A stretch of 62,379 nucleotides of DNA, taken from contig CAZRNY010000002.1 in assembly GCA_964601595.1 (NCBI GenBank), positions 1 to 62,379 on the forward strand, written 5' to 3'. A program made the translations under genes and the position numbers. The DNA is from an uncultured Candidatus Saccharibacteria bacterium. Lineage in GTDB: Bacteria; Patescibacteriota; Minisyncoccia; UBA6257; Colwellbacteraceae. Shown here in pieces: positions 40,121 to 48,597 of this stretch (position 1 is the first letter of the stretch; every line of letters begins with the position of its first letter). Below the pieces are notes generated by a model. The model made no database searches. It saw only the letters and a program-made list of their open reading frames with translations, and was not told the DNA's origin.

Positions 40121-41815
40121 TCAGACGAACTTATATTCGATCTCTTTTATCTCTTTTATCTCTTTTATCTTAAGGATCAGCTTATGAGTCTTCGCTTCGT
40201 CAGAGAGATCGCATTCGATTTTTATAACATGGAAGTGTCCGCGGGAATCGAGATTTGTGTTTATACCGATGATTCCGATATGGGATCTCGATACTATACC
40301 TGAGATGTCTTTAATGAGGCCGATCCTGTTGTCGGCAAGGATGCGGAGCTCTATATGTTTCGGCTTTACCGTAAACGCGAGACCGGGGCGGTTGCTGACC
40401 GCTTTCCTGATATGGTCTCTCGCGTGAGAGGTCTTAACGAATTCGAGCCATGAAGCCGAAGGCTTCTTTCCTCTCTGAGAGATTATCTCTACAACATCGC
40501 TTGATTTCAGTTCATGGTCGAGGGGAACGATTTGACCGTTCACTCTCGCGCCGACGCACTGGTTTCCGACAGCGGAGTGAATGTGATAGGCGAAGTCGAC
40601 GGGAGTCGCTCCTACAGGAAGGTCTATGACTTCTCCTTTAGGAGTGACAGCAAAGATGCGATCCTTAAAGAAATCTATCTTCATAGACTCGATCATGTTT
40701 TCCGAAGATTCTCTTTCCGATTGCCAGCTGCGAAGTCTCTTTACCCATTCGATCTCTTTTTCCTTGGCAATAGAAACCTTGCGTTCGGTATAGTCCTTGC
40801 TGCCTTTCTTTTCTTCGTATGCCCAATGAGCGGCGATTCCGTTTTCCGCTTCTTCGTGCATCGCGAGAGTCCTTATCTGAAATTCTACAGGCTTCTGCCC
40901 GATGCCGATAACAACGGTGTGTAAGCTCTTATAGCCGTTCGGCTTAGGAGTAGCAATATAGTCCTTTATCCTTCCCGGGAGGGGAGGCCAGATATTATGG
41001 ATGATGCCAAGCGCGGCATAGCAGTCGGAAACGCTATCGACGATGATACGAAAAGCAACGAGATCATAAACTTTCTCGATATCCATATCGTATCTCAGGA
41101 GCTTCTTATAGAGGCTTGAGTATCTCTTTGCGCGGAAATCTACTTTAAGAGGAGTGATATGTGCGTCGCTTAGCGCTTTGATCACTATCGGTTTCAAGCG
41201 AGTGAGATATTTTTCGCGATCCGTATAGCGGACACGGACATTCTTCATAAGCCATTCGTAAGCTTCGGGATTGATGTAGGGGAAAGCGAGATCTTCAAGC
41301 TCGCCACTAAGACGCTGCATACCGAGGCGATAGGCGATAGGCGCATAGATCTCATAGGTCTCTTCAGCGATACGCTTTTGTTTCTCTTTAGGGAGAAACT
41401 TTAGGGTCTGCATGTTGTGATAGCGATCAGAGAGCTTCACGATCAGGACCCGGATATCTTCGCTCGAGGCGAGGATAAGTTTTTTGATGTTCTCTTTTTG
41501 GCTTTCTATGCCACGGTATTTTATCTTTCCGAGCTTAGTCACGCCGTCGACGATAAATCGGACAGAGGGACCGAACGAGGCTTCGATCGAATCGAAATCG
41601 ATCTCGGTATCTTCGGCGACATCATGAAGGAGTCCGGCGGCTATGGTTTCCGGATCCATCTTCCAATCGAGGAGGTGATTGGCAGTTTTCTTAGAGTGTT
41701 CAAAATACGGCTCTCCGGAAGCGCGGCGCTGGCCCTTGTGGGCATTATCGGCAAAGGCATAAGCCCTACCAATCAGGGAATCAGGCTCTTTCAGAGCTAT
41801 CTCCTTGACATCCAT
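40121..41815 (-). CDS. bifunctional (p)ppGpp synthetase/hydrolase, RelA/SpoT homolog (short, 564 aa)
   Basis: HD domain 'HDVAEDT', synthetase core 'YKSLHTVV', TGS 'VFAVTPKGEVIDLPVGATPVDFAY', C-terminal ACT-like domain. The protein ends with a KEIKEIKEI tandem repeat. Confidence 0.9.
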   Translation of the reverse strand: MDVKEIALKEPDSLIGRAYAFADNAHKGQRRASGEPYFEHSKKTANHLLDWKMDPETIAAGLLHDVAEDTEIDFDSIEASFGPSVRFIVDGVTKLGKIKYRGIESQKENIKKLILASSEDIRVLIVKLSDRYHNMQTLKFLPKEKQKRIAEETYEIYAPIAYRLGMQRLSGELEDLAFPYINPEAYEWLMKNVRVRYTDREKYLTRLKPIVIKALSDAHITPLKVDFRAKRYSSLYKKLLRYDMDIEKVYDLVAFRIIVDSVSDCYAALGIIHNIWPPLPGRIKDYIATPKPNGYKSLHTVVIGIGQKPVEFQIRTLAMHEEAENGIAAHWAYEEKKGSKDYTERKVSIAKEKEIEWVKRLRSWQSERESSENMIESMKIDFFKDRIFAVTPKGEVIDLPVGATPVDFAYHIHSAVGNQCVGARVNGQIVPLDHELKSSDVVEIISQRGKKPSASWLEFVKTSHARDHIRKAVSNRPGLAFTVKPKHIELRILADNRIGLIKDISGIVSRSHIGIIGINTNLDSRGHFHVIKIECDLSDEAKTHKLILKIKEIKEIKEIEYKFV

Positions 41816-41923
41816 GGCTTAGTGTACCGCTTTAGGCCTATTCCTTTCAAATTTGACTGAATGTTATTTTCGGGTTTATTTTGCAAGTTGCTTCTTTTAA
41901 TAAATAAATAAGGAGGATTTTTT

Positions 41924-42733
41924 ATGGAACGAATACCGGTTATGGTAAACGGACTTCCTGGGAAAATGGCCACCGCCGCGGCGATAGCTGTCATAAATAA
42001 CGAAAGAACATTTCTGATTCCTTATTCTCTTACAGGAGAAGAATATAAAGGACAAAAAGCTGAGATACAGGATAATAATATATTTCTCATAGCTCCGGAC
42101 GAGATAATCCTTTTTGGAGAAGTCAAAGAGATGTTCCCTGATATGGTTATCACGGATTTCACTACTCCAGATGCGGCCCTCGAGAACGCGATGATGTATC
42201 TTGCGAATGGCATACCGTTCCTCATAGGAACGACAGGGTGGGATACGAAAGAAGTAATAATGAAAGTGGAACTCGGTTCCGTTCCGGCTGTCATCGCGCC
42301 TAACTTGGCTTTCGAGGTGATCGCGATCATGGAAGCTTTCCAATATATCGCGGAGAGATTTCCGGGACTGATGTCTTCTTATTCACTTACGGTGACTGAA
42401 AGCCATCAGAGCAATAAAAGAGATGTTTCCGGAACGGCCAAGAAAGCGATAAAAGAGCTTTCGCCACTCGGACACGAAGAGAAAGGAATAATTTCCATAA
42501 GAGACAGAGACGCGCAGGTAGAGATGGGAATACCCGAAGAACACATTTCGGGGCATGCTTATCACACTTATGCTTTCACAAGCGATAAGACGAATACGGA
42601 TATATCGATAATCCATAATGTGAGAGGCAGATCGATATATGCCGAAGGAGCAGTGAAAGCGGCGATCTTTCTCGAAGGAAAGAGAGGGATCGGCAAGGTA
42701 TTCACCGGCGTCGACGTGATGGAAGAGAGATAA
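41924..42733 (+). CDS. dapB: 4-hydroxy-tetrahydrodipicolinate reductase, plant/cyanobacterial-like type
   Basis: RBS AAGGAGG. 'VMVNGLPGKM', 'GTTGWD', 'ESHQSNKRDVSGTAKK', 'GIPEEHISGHAYHTY' and 'HNVRGRSIYAEGAVKAAIFL' match the plant-type DapB pattern as I recall it. Confidence 0.7.
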   Translation: MERIPVMVNGLPGKMATAAAIAVINNERTFLIPYSLTGEEYKGQKAEIQDNNIFLIAPDEIILFGEVKEMFPDMVITDFTTPDAALENAMMYLANGIPFLIGTTGWDTKEVIMKVELGSVPAVIAPNLAFEVIAIMEAFQYIAERFPGLMSSYSLTVTESHQSNKRDVSGTAKKAIKELSPLGHEEKGIISIRDRDAQVEMGIPEEHISGHAYHTYAFTSDKTNTDISIIHNVRGRSIYAEGAVKAAIFLEGKRGIGKVFTGVDVMEER

Positions 42734-42739
42734 ATCAAA

Positions 42740-42764
42740 ACCGCGCGTTTAAGCGCGGTTTTTT
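42740..42764. terminator. bidirectional terminator between dapB and topA
   Basis: Stem 'accgcgc/gcgcggt' with an A-run upstream and T-run downstream. Confidence 0.7.
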
Positions 42765-42765
42765 C

Positions 42766-44799
42766 TTATTCTGAAACCTCTTTTTTTTCTTCTGGCTTTT
42801 CTTCCGTTCCCGGTTTCGTCCAGCTTGCAAAATCACAGGTAGGGTATCTTTCACAACCGAAAAATCCTTTCCCTCTTCTTGTCCTCTTTAAGATTATCTT
42901 TCCCTCATTACATTTCGGACAGATCATGTCTTCTCCTTTTTCGTCCTTGATATAGATCCTCTCAATGGCGATCTTCTTCGTGTTTTTACATTCTGGATAT
43001 CCGGAGCAGGCGATGAAGCGGCCGAAGCGGCTTCTCTTTATGACCATCGACTTTCCACATTTATCGCAGATCTCGTCGGTCGGTTCTTCGTTTTTCTCTT
43101 TCACGACCGATTCGTATTTCTCGGCCAGCTTTTTGGCGAACGGATTATAAAAATCTCCGATGACTTTACGCCAATCCATTTCTCCTTCCGCTACATCGTC
43201 GAGATCTTTTTCCATCTTGGCGGTGAAGGCGATATCGACTATCTCGGGGAAGTGCTCGACGAGGATCTTATCTACTGATTCGCCGATTTCGGTCGGAATG
43301 AATCTTCTCGCGTCGTCTTTCTTAACATATCCTCTTGCTTGGATCACAGAGATTATCGGCGCGTATGTTGAAGGACGACCGACACCGTTCTCCTCAAGCG
43401 TCTTGATAAGGCTTGCTTCGTTGTATCTCGGAGGCGGTTCGGTCTTATGATCATCTCTTGCGATAGAGATAAGGGAAAGTAATTCGCCACCCATGATATC
43501 AGGTGCTTCTTTTTCTTCGAACTTAGCCGGCCATATTTTCAGATAGCCGTCGAACTTAAGGCGGCTTCCGCCTGAAGATAGCTCATATGACCTATTCCCT
43601 TTCCCCAAAATGACCGCTCTTGAGGCTCCAAAGACAGCAGAGGGAAGTTGGGAAGCTATAAAACGTTTCCAGACTATATCGTAGAGTTTTTTATGGCGCT
43701 CTTCTAAGGGGATTGATTCGGCGAGAACTGAAGGATTTGTTGGGCGGATAGCTTCATGAGCTTCCTGTGCCGACTTCGATTTAGTCTTAAAAAAGCGCGG
43801 GCAATCGACGGCATATTCTTTTCCGAGATTCTCGTTTATCCAAATACCGGCTGCGGCAACCGATTCTTTCGAAAGGTTTACCGAATCAGTCCTCATGTAG
43901 GTTATGAATCCTTTCTCATAAAGCTCCTGCGCGACCATCATGGTCTGCTTGGCAGAGAAGCGGAATCTCTTAGAACACTCCTGTTGAAGGGTGCTTGTCG
44001 TGAACGGGGGATTCGGTGCGCGTCTTACCTCTCTTTCTTCGATCGAAGAAACGGAGAAGGAAGCAGACTTCAAATCGGTGATCGCGAGATCAGCCTCGTC
44101 CGCGGACATTATTCCCGGCTTGCCGATATTTTTACCTTCGATCTTTGTAAGGGAAGCTGAAAAAGGTTTTTTCTTTTTTCCTTCAAGGTCGGCAGAGATT
44201 GTAAAATAGTCTTCGGAGATGAAACTTCTTATTTCTTCTTCTCTCGAAACGATAAGACGAACGGCAGCGGATTGAACCCTTCCGGCAGAAAGCCCGCTCA
44301 TTACCTTCTTCCAAAGGAAAGGAGAGAGTTTATAGCCGACGAGTCTGTCGAGAATCCTTCTCGCAGTCTGAGCATCGACGAGTCTCATATCTATGGTACG
44401 CGGATTCTTCAATGCCTCTTTGATGGCTGACTCGGTGATTTCGTGGAAGACGATCCTTTCGGCCGTCTTTTCATCAACAGAAAGAGCCTTAGCAAGGTGC
44501 CAGGCGATAGCTTCTCCTTCGCGGTCCTCGTCAGTTGCGAGAATAACGCTCTCAGCAGAAGCGGCAGCTTTCTTTAATTCGGTAACCCTTTTCTTGCTTT
44601 TTAACGGGATTATATATTGAGGCTCGAAGTCATGCTCGAGATCGATGCCGAGCTTCGATTTAGGAAGATCGCGTATATGACCGAAAGAGGACTCCACTTG
44701 GAATCCTTTGCCTATGAACTTTGATATTGTTTTCGCCTTGGTAGGAGACTCGACGATCACGAGTACTCCTTTGCCTGCGGCTTTCTTTTTAGCCGTCAT
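42766..44799 (-). CDS. topA: DNA topoisomerase I
   Basis: Toprim 'LVIVESPTKAKTISKF', 'ATDEDREGEAI', active-site region 'ITYMRTDS', C-terminal CxxC zinc ribbons. Confidence 0.95.
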   Translation of the reverse strand: MTAKKKAAGKGVLVIVESPTKAKTISKFIGKGFQVESSFGHIRDLPKSKLGIDLEHDFEPQYIIPLKSKKRVTELKKAAASAESVILATDEDREGEAIAWHLAKALSVDEKTAERIVFHEITESAIKEALKNPRTIDMRLVDAQTARRILDRLVGYKLSPFLWKKVMSGLSAGRVQSAAVRLIVSREEEIRSFISEDYFTISADLEGKKKKPFSASLTKIEGKNIGKPGIMSADEADLAITDLKSASFSVSSIEEREVRRAPNPPFTTSTLQQECSKRFRFSAKQTMMVAQELYEKGFITYMRTDSVNLSKESVAAAGIWINENLGKEYAVDCPRFFKTKSKSAQEAHEAIRPTNPSVLAESIPLEERHKKLYDIVWKRFIASQLPSAVFGASRAVILGKGNRSYELSSGGSRLKFDGYLKIWPAKFEEKEAPDIMGGELLSLISIARDDHKTEPPPRYNEASLIKTLEENGVGRPSTYAPIISVIQARGYVKKDDARRFIPTEIGESVDKILVEHFPEIVDIAFTAKMEKDLDDVAEGEMDWRKVIGDFYNPFAKKLAEKYESVVKEKNEEPTDEICDKCGKSMVIKRSRFGRFIACSGYPECKNTKKIAIERIYIKDEKGEDMICPKCNEGKIILKRTRRGKGFFGCERYPTCDFASWTKPGTEEKPEEKKEVSE

Positions 44800-44800
44800 G

Positions 44801-45637
44801 TTAGTGTCTTAATAAAAGATAACCCTCAGGAGTGTCTTCCGCCAAGCCGAGCAAAGAAAGCTCGGACAAGATTCTCATCGTTTCTCGGGGTTCGAGGTCG
44901 GTCAACTCTGATATCTTATCGATAAAGAGAGGGTTGCTGGATGATAGTAATGCCTTTATCACTAATTCGGAATCTTTATCAAGGGGAAGGCTATTTTCTT
45001 TTCGTTCTGCCTTCTTTAGTCCCAAGTCTTCGATTATGTCACCGATCGAGGACACTAACCTTGCCCCGTCTCTAATCAGCAGATGGGAACCTCTGAAATT
45101 AGGATTATCGAAAGATCCGGATAAGACAAGAACATCTCTGCCAAATTCGGCGGCACAGCCAGCGGTGCGGATTGAGCCGGACTTCTCGGGTGCTTCGATC
45201 ACGATGGTCGCAAAGGAGAGTCCGGCAACGATTCTGTTCCTTTCGAGGAAGCGATGTTTCATAGGGCGTTCGCCTTTTTCGTATTCGGAGATGATCGATC
45301 CGCCTTTTTCGATGATCTTTTCCGCCAAATTTCTATTCGATGAGGGATATATGATATCGGTACCACAGGCGAGAACTGCGACTGCCTTTCCGTTTGCTGA
45401 AAGACATCCTTCATGAGCGGCGGCATCTATACCGAGAGCCAGACCGCTTATGATGGGGATGCCGATAAGAGCGAGCTCTCTTCCTAGATCGCGCGCGAAC
45501 AAAAGGCTTTTAGATGAAGGGTTTCTCGTGCCGACGATAGCTACTCCGGAAAAGTTTTTGTCGAGCATTGCGCCTCTTATGGAAAAATTCTTAAGAGGCG
45601 GAGAAATTTCCTTAAGGAGGTCCGGAAAGGAATCCAT
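44801..45637 (-). CDS. dprA: DNA-processing protein DprA (Smf)
   Basis: 'VAIVGTRNPS', 'ISGLALGIDAAAHEG', 'VIEAPEKSGS'. Its start lies 1 nt after the topA stop. Confidence 0.88.
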   Translation of the reverse strand: MDSFPDLLKEISPPLKNFSIRGAMLDKNFSGVAIVGTRNPSSKSLLFARDLGRELALIGIPIISGLALGIDAAAHEGCLSANGKAVAVLACGTDIIYPSSNRNLAEKIIEKGGSIISEYEKGERPMKHRFLERNRIVAGLSFATIVIEAPEKSGSIRTAGCAAEFGRDVLVLSGSFDNPNFRGSHLLIRDGARLVSSIGDIIEDLGLKKAERKENSLPLDKDSELVIKALLSSSNPLFIDKISELTDLEPRETMRILSELSLLGLAEDTPEGYLLLRH

Positions 45638-45667
45638 TATGTTATTATAGAATTAAATAAAAGCGAG

Positions 45668-46201
45668 ATGGATCAGTTTCAGAAAAAACTGCTTAGAGAA
45701 TTCGGAATAACCGCTTTATTTCTTGGAATATTGGCGGTAACCCTCGCTCTGATAGCGGGGGATATTTCGAAACTCGAAAAGCAGATCACTACGATAAAAG
45801 GAGATTATTCCGCGAGGACCCAAGCCCTCACTAATCTGAACGGACTGAAATTGGATGCTAAGAAAGCTTTGGGAGGATTAAGTTTCCTTCAGAACACGCT
45901 TCCTTATAAGGAAGGTTTGTTTATCTTTTCGGAAGATATGTCGAGGATAGCGAGAGAAAAGAGCCTCGCGCCTTCATTTATATTCGGCACGGAGACTCCG
46001 GGAAGCGATTCCATTCCGGGAAGAATCATGTTCACAATGACCGTTTCTGGAGATCAGGGGAAAATATTGGAATTTATAAGAGCTATGGAATCGAGCAGAT
46101 ACTTTACTAGGATCCAAGGAGTAGAGCTTGTTTCTCAGGGAGTAAATACCGTTGACTATCAAGGGATAATAACCGGAGAAGTATTTTTTAGATCAAAATG
46201 A
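45668..46201 (+). CDS. hypothetical membrane-anchored protein (architecture reminiscent of PilO-type pilus assembly proteins)
   Basis: An N-terminal TM helix, a coiled segment and an alpha/beta C-terminus. The similarity is architectural only. Confidence 0.4.
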   Translation: MDQFQKKLLREFGITALFLGILAVTLALIAGDISKLEKQITTIKGDYSARTQALTNLNGLKLDAKKALGGLSFLQNTLPYKEGLFIFSEDMSRIAREKSLAPSFIFGTETPGSDSIPGRIMFTMTVSGDQGKILEFIRAMESSRYFTRIQGVELVSQGVNTVDYQGIITGEVFFRSK

Positions 46202-46413
46202 AGATAAAAAAAGGAAAGGTTAAGACGGAGACTATTCTCCTCGTAGCGAGCGTCTTCTTAGCACTCTCGCTCATAGTCGTATCAGCTCTCCTGATGAGCT
46301 TCTTGGGAAAGAAACTCCAGGGCGCTTCCGAAACAGAAGAGGTCGCGGAAGATGCGTCCGTTAAGTTTGATATAAAAGGATACGAAGCGCTTGGTATAGG
46401 AGAAGGGATATAG
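46198..46413 (+). CDS. small membrane protein, unknown function
   Basis: 4-nt ATGA overlap with the upstream ORF; one TM helix. Confidence 0.4.
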   Translation: MKIKKGKVKTETILLVASVFLALSLIVVSALLMSFLGKKLQGASETEEVAEDASVKFDIKGYEALGIGEGI

Positions 46414-46470
46414 AGCGTTTTTGGTGTTGCCTTTTTTTAGACGAAAGTTTAATATAACCCCGTTATTCAA

Positions 46471-46544
46471 GGGCGATTAGCTCAGATGGTTAGAGCGTTA
46501 CATTGACATTGTAAAGGTCACTGGTTCGAGTCCAGTATCGCCCA
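46471..46544 (+). tRNA. tRNA-Val (anticodon GAC)
   Basis: Acceptor GGGCGAT/ATCGCCC, D-arm GCTC..GAGC, anticodon loop TTGACAT, T-loop TTCGAGT. Confidence 0.92.
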
Positions 46545-46549
46545 CAATT

Positions 46550-46662
46550 AAAACCTTTGAATCGCTACTGCGACAGGTGAATATTCACTCGGAGTATCAC
46601 TCCGCTTGATATACACCTTCGCTCATATTCACCTCGTCTCGCTACGCGATTCAGAGGTTTTT
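46550..46662. repeat. long-hairpin intergenic repeat, copy B (best-preserved)
   Basis: Outer arms 'aaacctttgaatcgc'/'gcgattcagaggttt', inner arms 'aggtgaatat'/'atattcacct', central hairpin 'cggagtatcactccg'. It begins 6 nt after tRNA-Val. Confidence 0.7.
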
Positions 46663-46728
46663 AAAAAACTGGAATCGAACATTAAAGGGGGTCTAATAAA
46701 AAATGTCTCTTGCGAGACATTTTCTTAC

Positions 46729-46760
46729 TGTGGGCGTATCTAGGGACCTCTGTCTTATAG
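46729..46760 (-). pseudogene. degenerate copy of the tRNA-Ile 3' portion
   Basis: 'ctgtgggcgta..tagggacctctgtcttat' matches the genuine gene (46791-46831) apart from a ~12-nt deletion of the T-loop region. Confidence 0.6.
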
Positions 46761-46792
46761 TTGGCAGCGAGGGAGATGTGCGAATAATTCTG

Positions 46793-46864
46793 TGGGCGTA
46801 CCAGGGATCGAACCTGGGACCTCTGTCTTATCAGGACAGCGTTCTACCACTGAACTATGCGCCC
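46793..46864 (-). tRNA. tRNA-Ile (anticodon GAT)
   Basis: Reverse complement: GGGCGCA..TACGCCC acceptor (one C6:A67 mismatch), anticodon loop CTGATAA, T-loop TTCGATC. A minus-strand terminator lies at ~46700-46727. Confidence 0.85.
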
Positions 46865-46918
46865 GTCTGATATTCACATATCGCCCGAGCGAACCAACTA
46901 TATTTATCTAATAAATAG

Positions 46919-46951
46919 CAGGACAGCGTTCTACCACTGAACTATGCGCCC
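46919..46951 (-). pseudogene. exact 33-nt duplicate of the tRNA-Ile 5' half
   Basis: 'caggacagcgttctaccactgaactatgcgccc' is identical to 46832-46864. The copy ends inside the anticodon loop. Confidence 0.8.
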
Positions 46952-47019
46952 CTTCACGATACGGAGAAAATAATATATTCTTTCGCTTTCTTTTTCAACA
47001 GTCTGGAAATAGATATAGA

Positions 47020-47733
47020 ATGACCCTGATGGAAGAACCAAAGATAATATATGAAGGCTCGGATTTCGTTGTAGTAGCCAAACCGGCCGGAATGACGGTT
47101 CATCCCACCAAGGTGGCAAAGAGGCATGACAGAGGCGAGGTCTATCTGACGGATTGGCTCATTTCTAAATATCCAGAGATAGCTTCTGTGGGGGATGATC
47201 CGGAAGAAAGACCGGGGATAGTTCATCGACTCGATAAGGACACCTCGGGTGTGATTATAGTGGCGAGGAATCAGCTCTATTTCGAGTATCTTAAGGCTCT
47301 ATTCAAGGAAAAGACGATAGAGAAAAAATATATAGCGCTTGTTTATGGAGATGTGAAAGAGGATGAAGGAACGATAGATAAGCCGATAGGCATTAAGCCG
47401 GGAACGATCAAAAGGACGGTAAACGGAGGGAAGATGCCTAAGGAAGCGATTACCGATTACAAGGTGCTTAAGAGATACGACGAATATACCCTCATCGAGG
47501 CAGTGCCGCGGACGGGTCGAACTCACCAGATAAGAGTCCATCTGGCCTCGATCGGCAACCCGATAGTGGGAGACTCGGTATATGGCGGAAAAAGGCAGAA
47601 AAAGTCCAAATTTAAGCTTGAAAGGCAGTTCTTGCATGCCAGATCCATATCTTTCGAAACTAAGCCCGGACATGCTGTAGAATTCGAGGCGCCGATGCCC
47701 GAAGATTTGACAAAGGCCCTTAAATCAATGTAA
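47020..47733 (+). CDS. RluA-family pseudouridine synthase
   Basis: 'GIVHRLDKDTSGVIIVA' catalytic Asp motif and 'PRTGRTHQIRVHLASIGNPIVGDSVYG'. Confidence 0.88.
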   Translation: MTLMEEPKIIYEGSDFVVVAKPAGMTVHPTKVAKRHDRGEVYLTDWLISKYPEIASVGDDPEERPGIVHRLDKDTSGVIIVARNQLYFEYLKALFKEKTIEKKYIALVYGDVKEDEGTIDKPIGIKPGTIKRTVNGGKMPKEAITDYKVLKRYDEYTLIEAVPRTGRTHQIRVHLASIGNPIVGDSVYGGKRQKKSKFKLERQFLHARSISFETKPGHAVEFEAPMPEDLTKALKSM

Positions 47734-47742
47734 ATTTCCTGC

Positions 47743-48060
47743 GTGATAGACCAGGAGATAATAAAGAATATCAGGTCCGGATCTCGCGTTAAGGTCTATG
47801 AAAGGATCAAGGAAGGCGAGAAAGAGCGTATCAGCGCTTTTGAGGGTATTGTCATCGCGCGCAAGCACGGATCGGAGAAGGGAGCTACCTTTATCGTTCG
47901 CGGAAAGCTCGGCGAATACGGTTTAGAAAAGACTTATCCCATACATTCTCCGCTTATCCATAAGATCGAAATACTCGGTTCTAAGGATAAAGTATCCCGC
48001 TCGAAGCTCTACTATATAAGAGAGCTGCCAGCGAAGAGAATCAAAGAAAAACTCGGATAG
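47743..48060 (+). CDS. rplS: 50S ribosomal protein L19
   Basis: 'GSRVKVYERIKEGEKERISAFEGIVIARKHG...TFIVR' and 'HSPLIHKIEI'. GTG start. A terminator lies at 48067-48092. Confidence 0.9.
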   Translation: MIDQEIIKNIRSGSRVKVYERIKEGEKERISAFEGIVIARKHGSEKGATFIVRGKLGEYGLEKTYPIHSPLIHKIEILGSKDKVSRSKLYYIRELPAKRIKEKLG

Positions 48061-48104
48061 ATATTTTAAAAGAACCCTGTTGGGTTCTTTTAAAATATAT
48101 AGGG

Positions 48105-48215
48105 TCTTTAAATCTTTATTGTGGCAAATGATTGCTCGTTCGGCGTACCCGCTCCGATGCAATATACCTTCGTTCGCTTTCGCCTCGTCTCGCTACGGGA
48201 TTAGAAGGCTTGAGA
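48105..48215. repeat. long-hairpin intergenic repeat, copy C (degenerate)
   Basis: It shares 'gctcgttcggcgtacccgctccg', 'accttcgttcgc' and 'cgcctcgtctcgctacgggat' with copies A, B and D. Confidence 0.5.
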
Positions 48216-48319
48216 GTAACCACTTGCCTTGCCATAAGATTCAGAGCCTAAAGAGGGGAACCTTATCTTAGTCAGGCTACTCTTGAAGAAAAGCGGGGGA
48301 TAGGATATATTTTTTTTGC

Positions 48320-48403
48320 GCGCGGGTGGCGAAATTGGTAGACGCACTACCTTGAGGTGGTAGCGCCCGCAAGGGCTTGGAGGTTCGAGTCCTCTCTCGC
48401 GCA
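48320..48403 (+). tRNA. tRNA-Leu (anticodon GAG)
   Basis: Acceptor GCGCGGG/CTCGCGC, anticodon loop TTGAGGT, long variable arm, T-arm GGAGG TTCGAGT CCTCT. Confidence 0.9.
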
Positions 48404-48405
48404 CT

Positions 48406-48447
48406 AGGTATAAAAAAGGAGTCCAAAGGACTCCTTTTTTATACCTA
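48406..48447. terminator. long palindromic terminator after tRNA-Leu(GAG)
   Basis: 'aggtataaaaaaggagtcc aaa ggactccttttttataccta'. Confidence 0.7.
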
Positions 48448-48456
48448 ATATGTTGG

Positions 48457-48572
48457 AAGAGGACTCGAACACCGGACTGATGATTTTCCAGCAGGAAAAT
48501 CGAGGGAGGGGAGCCTGAGGCCGAAGCGAGGCGACGGCCGAGCTGAGAGTCGAAGGAGAGTCCTCTCTCGCG
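48457..48572. repeat. tRNA-Leu-end-derived inverted-repeat element X1
   Basis: The left end 'aagaggactcgaac' is the reverse complement of the tRNA-Leu T-arm. The right end 'gagtcctctctcgcg' is identical over 15 nt to the tRNA 3' end. An internal 8-bp hairpin is 'gattttcc agca ggaaaatc'. Confidence 0.55.
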
Positions 48573-48597
48573 TCCCAAAAGGGGCGGTATTTTTGTT

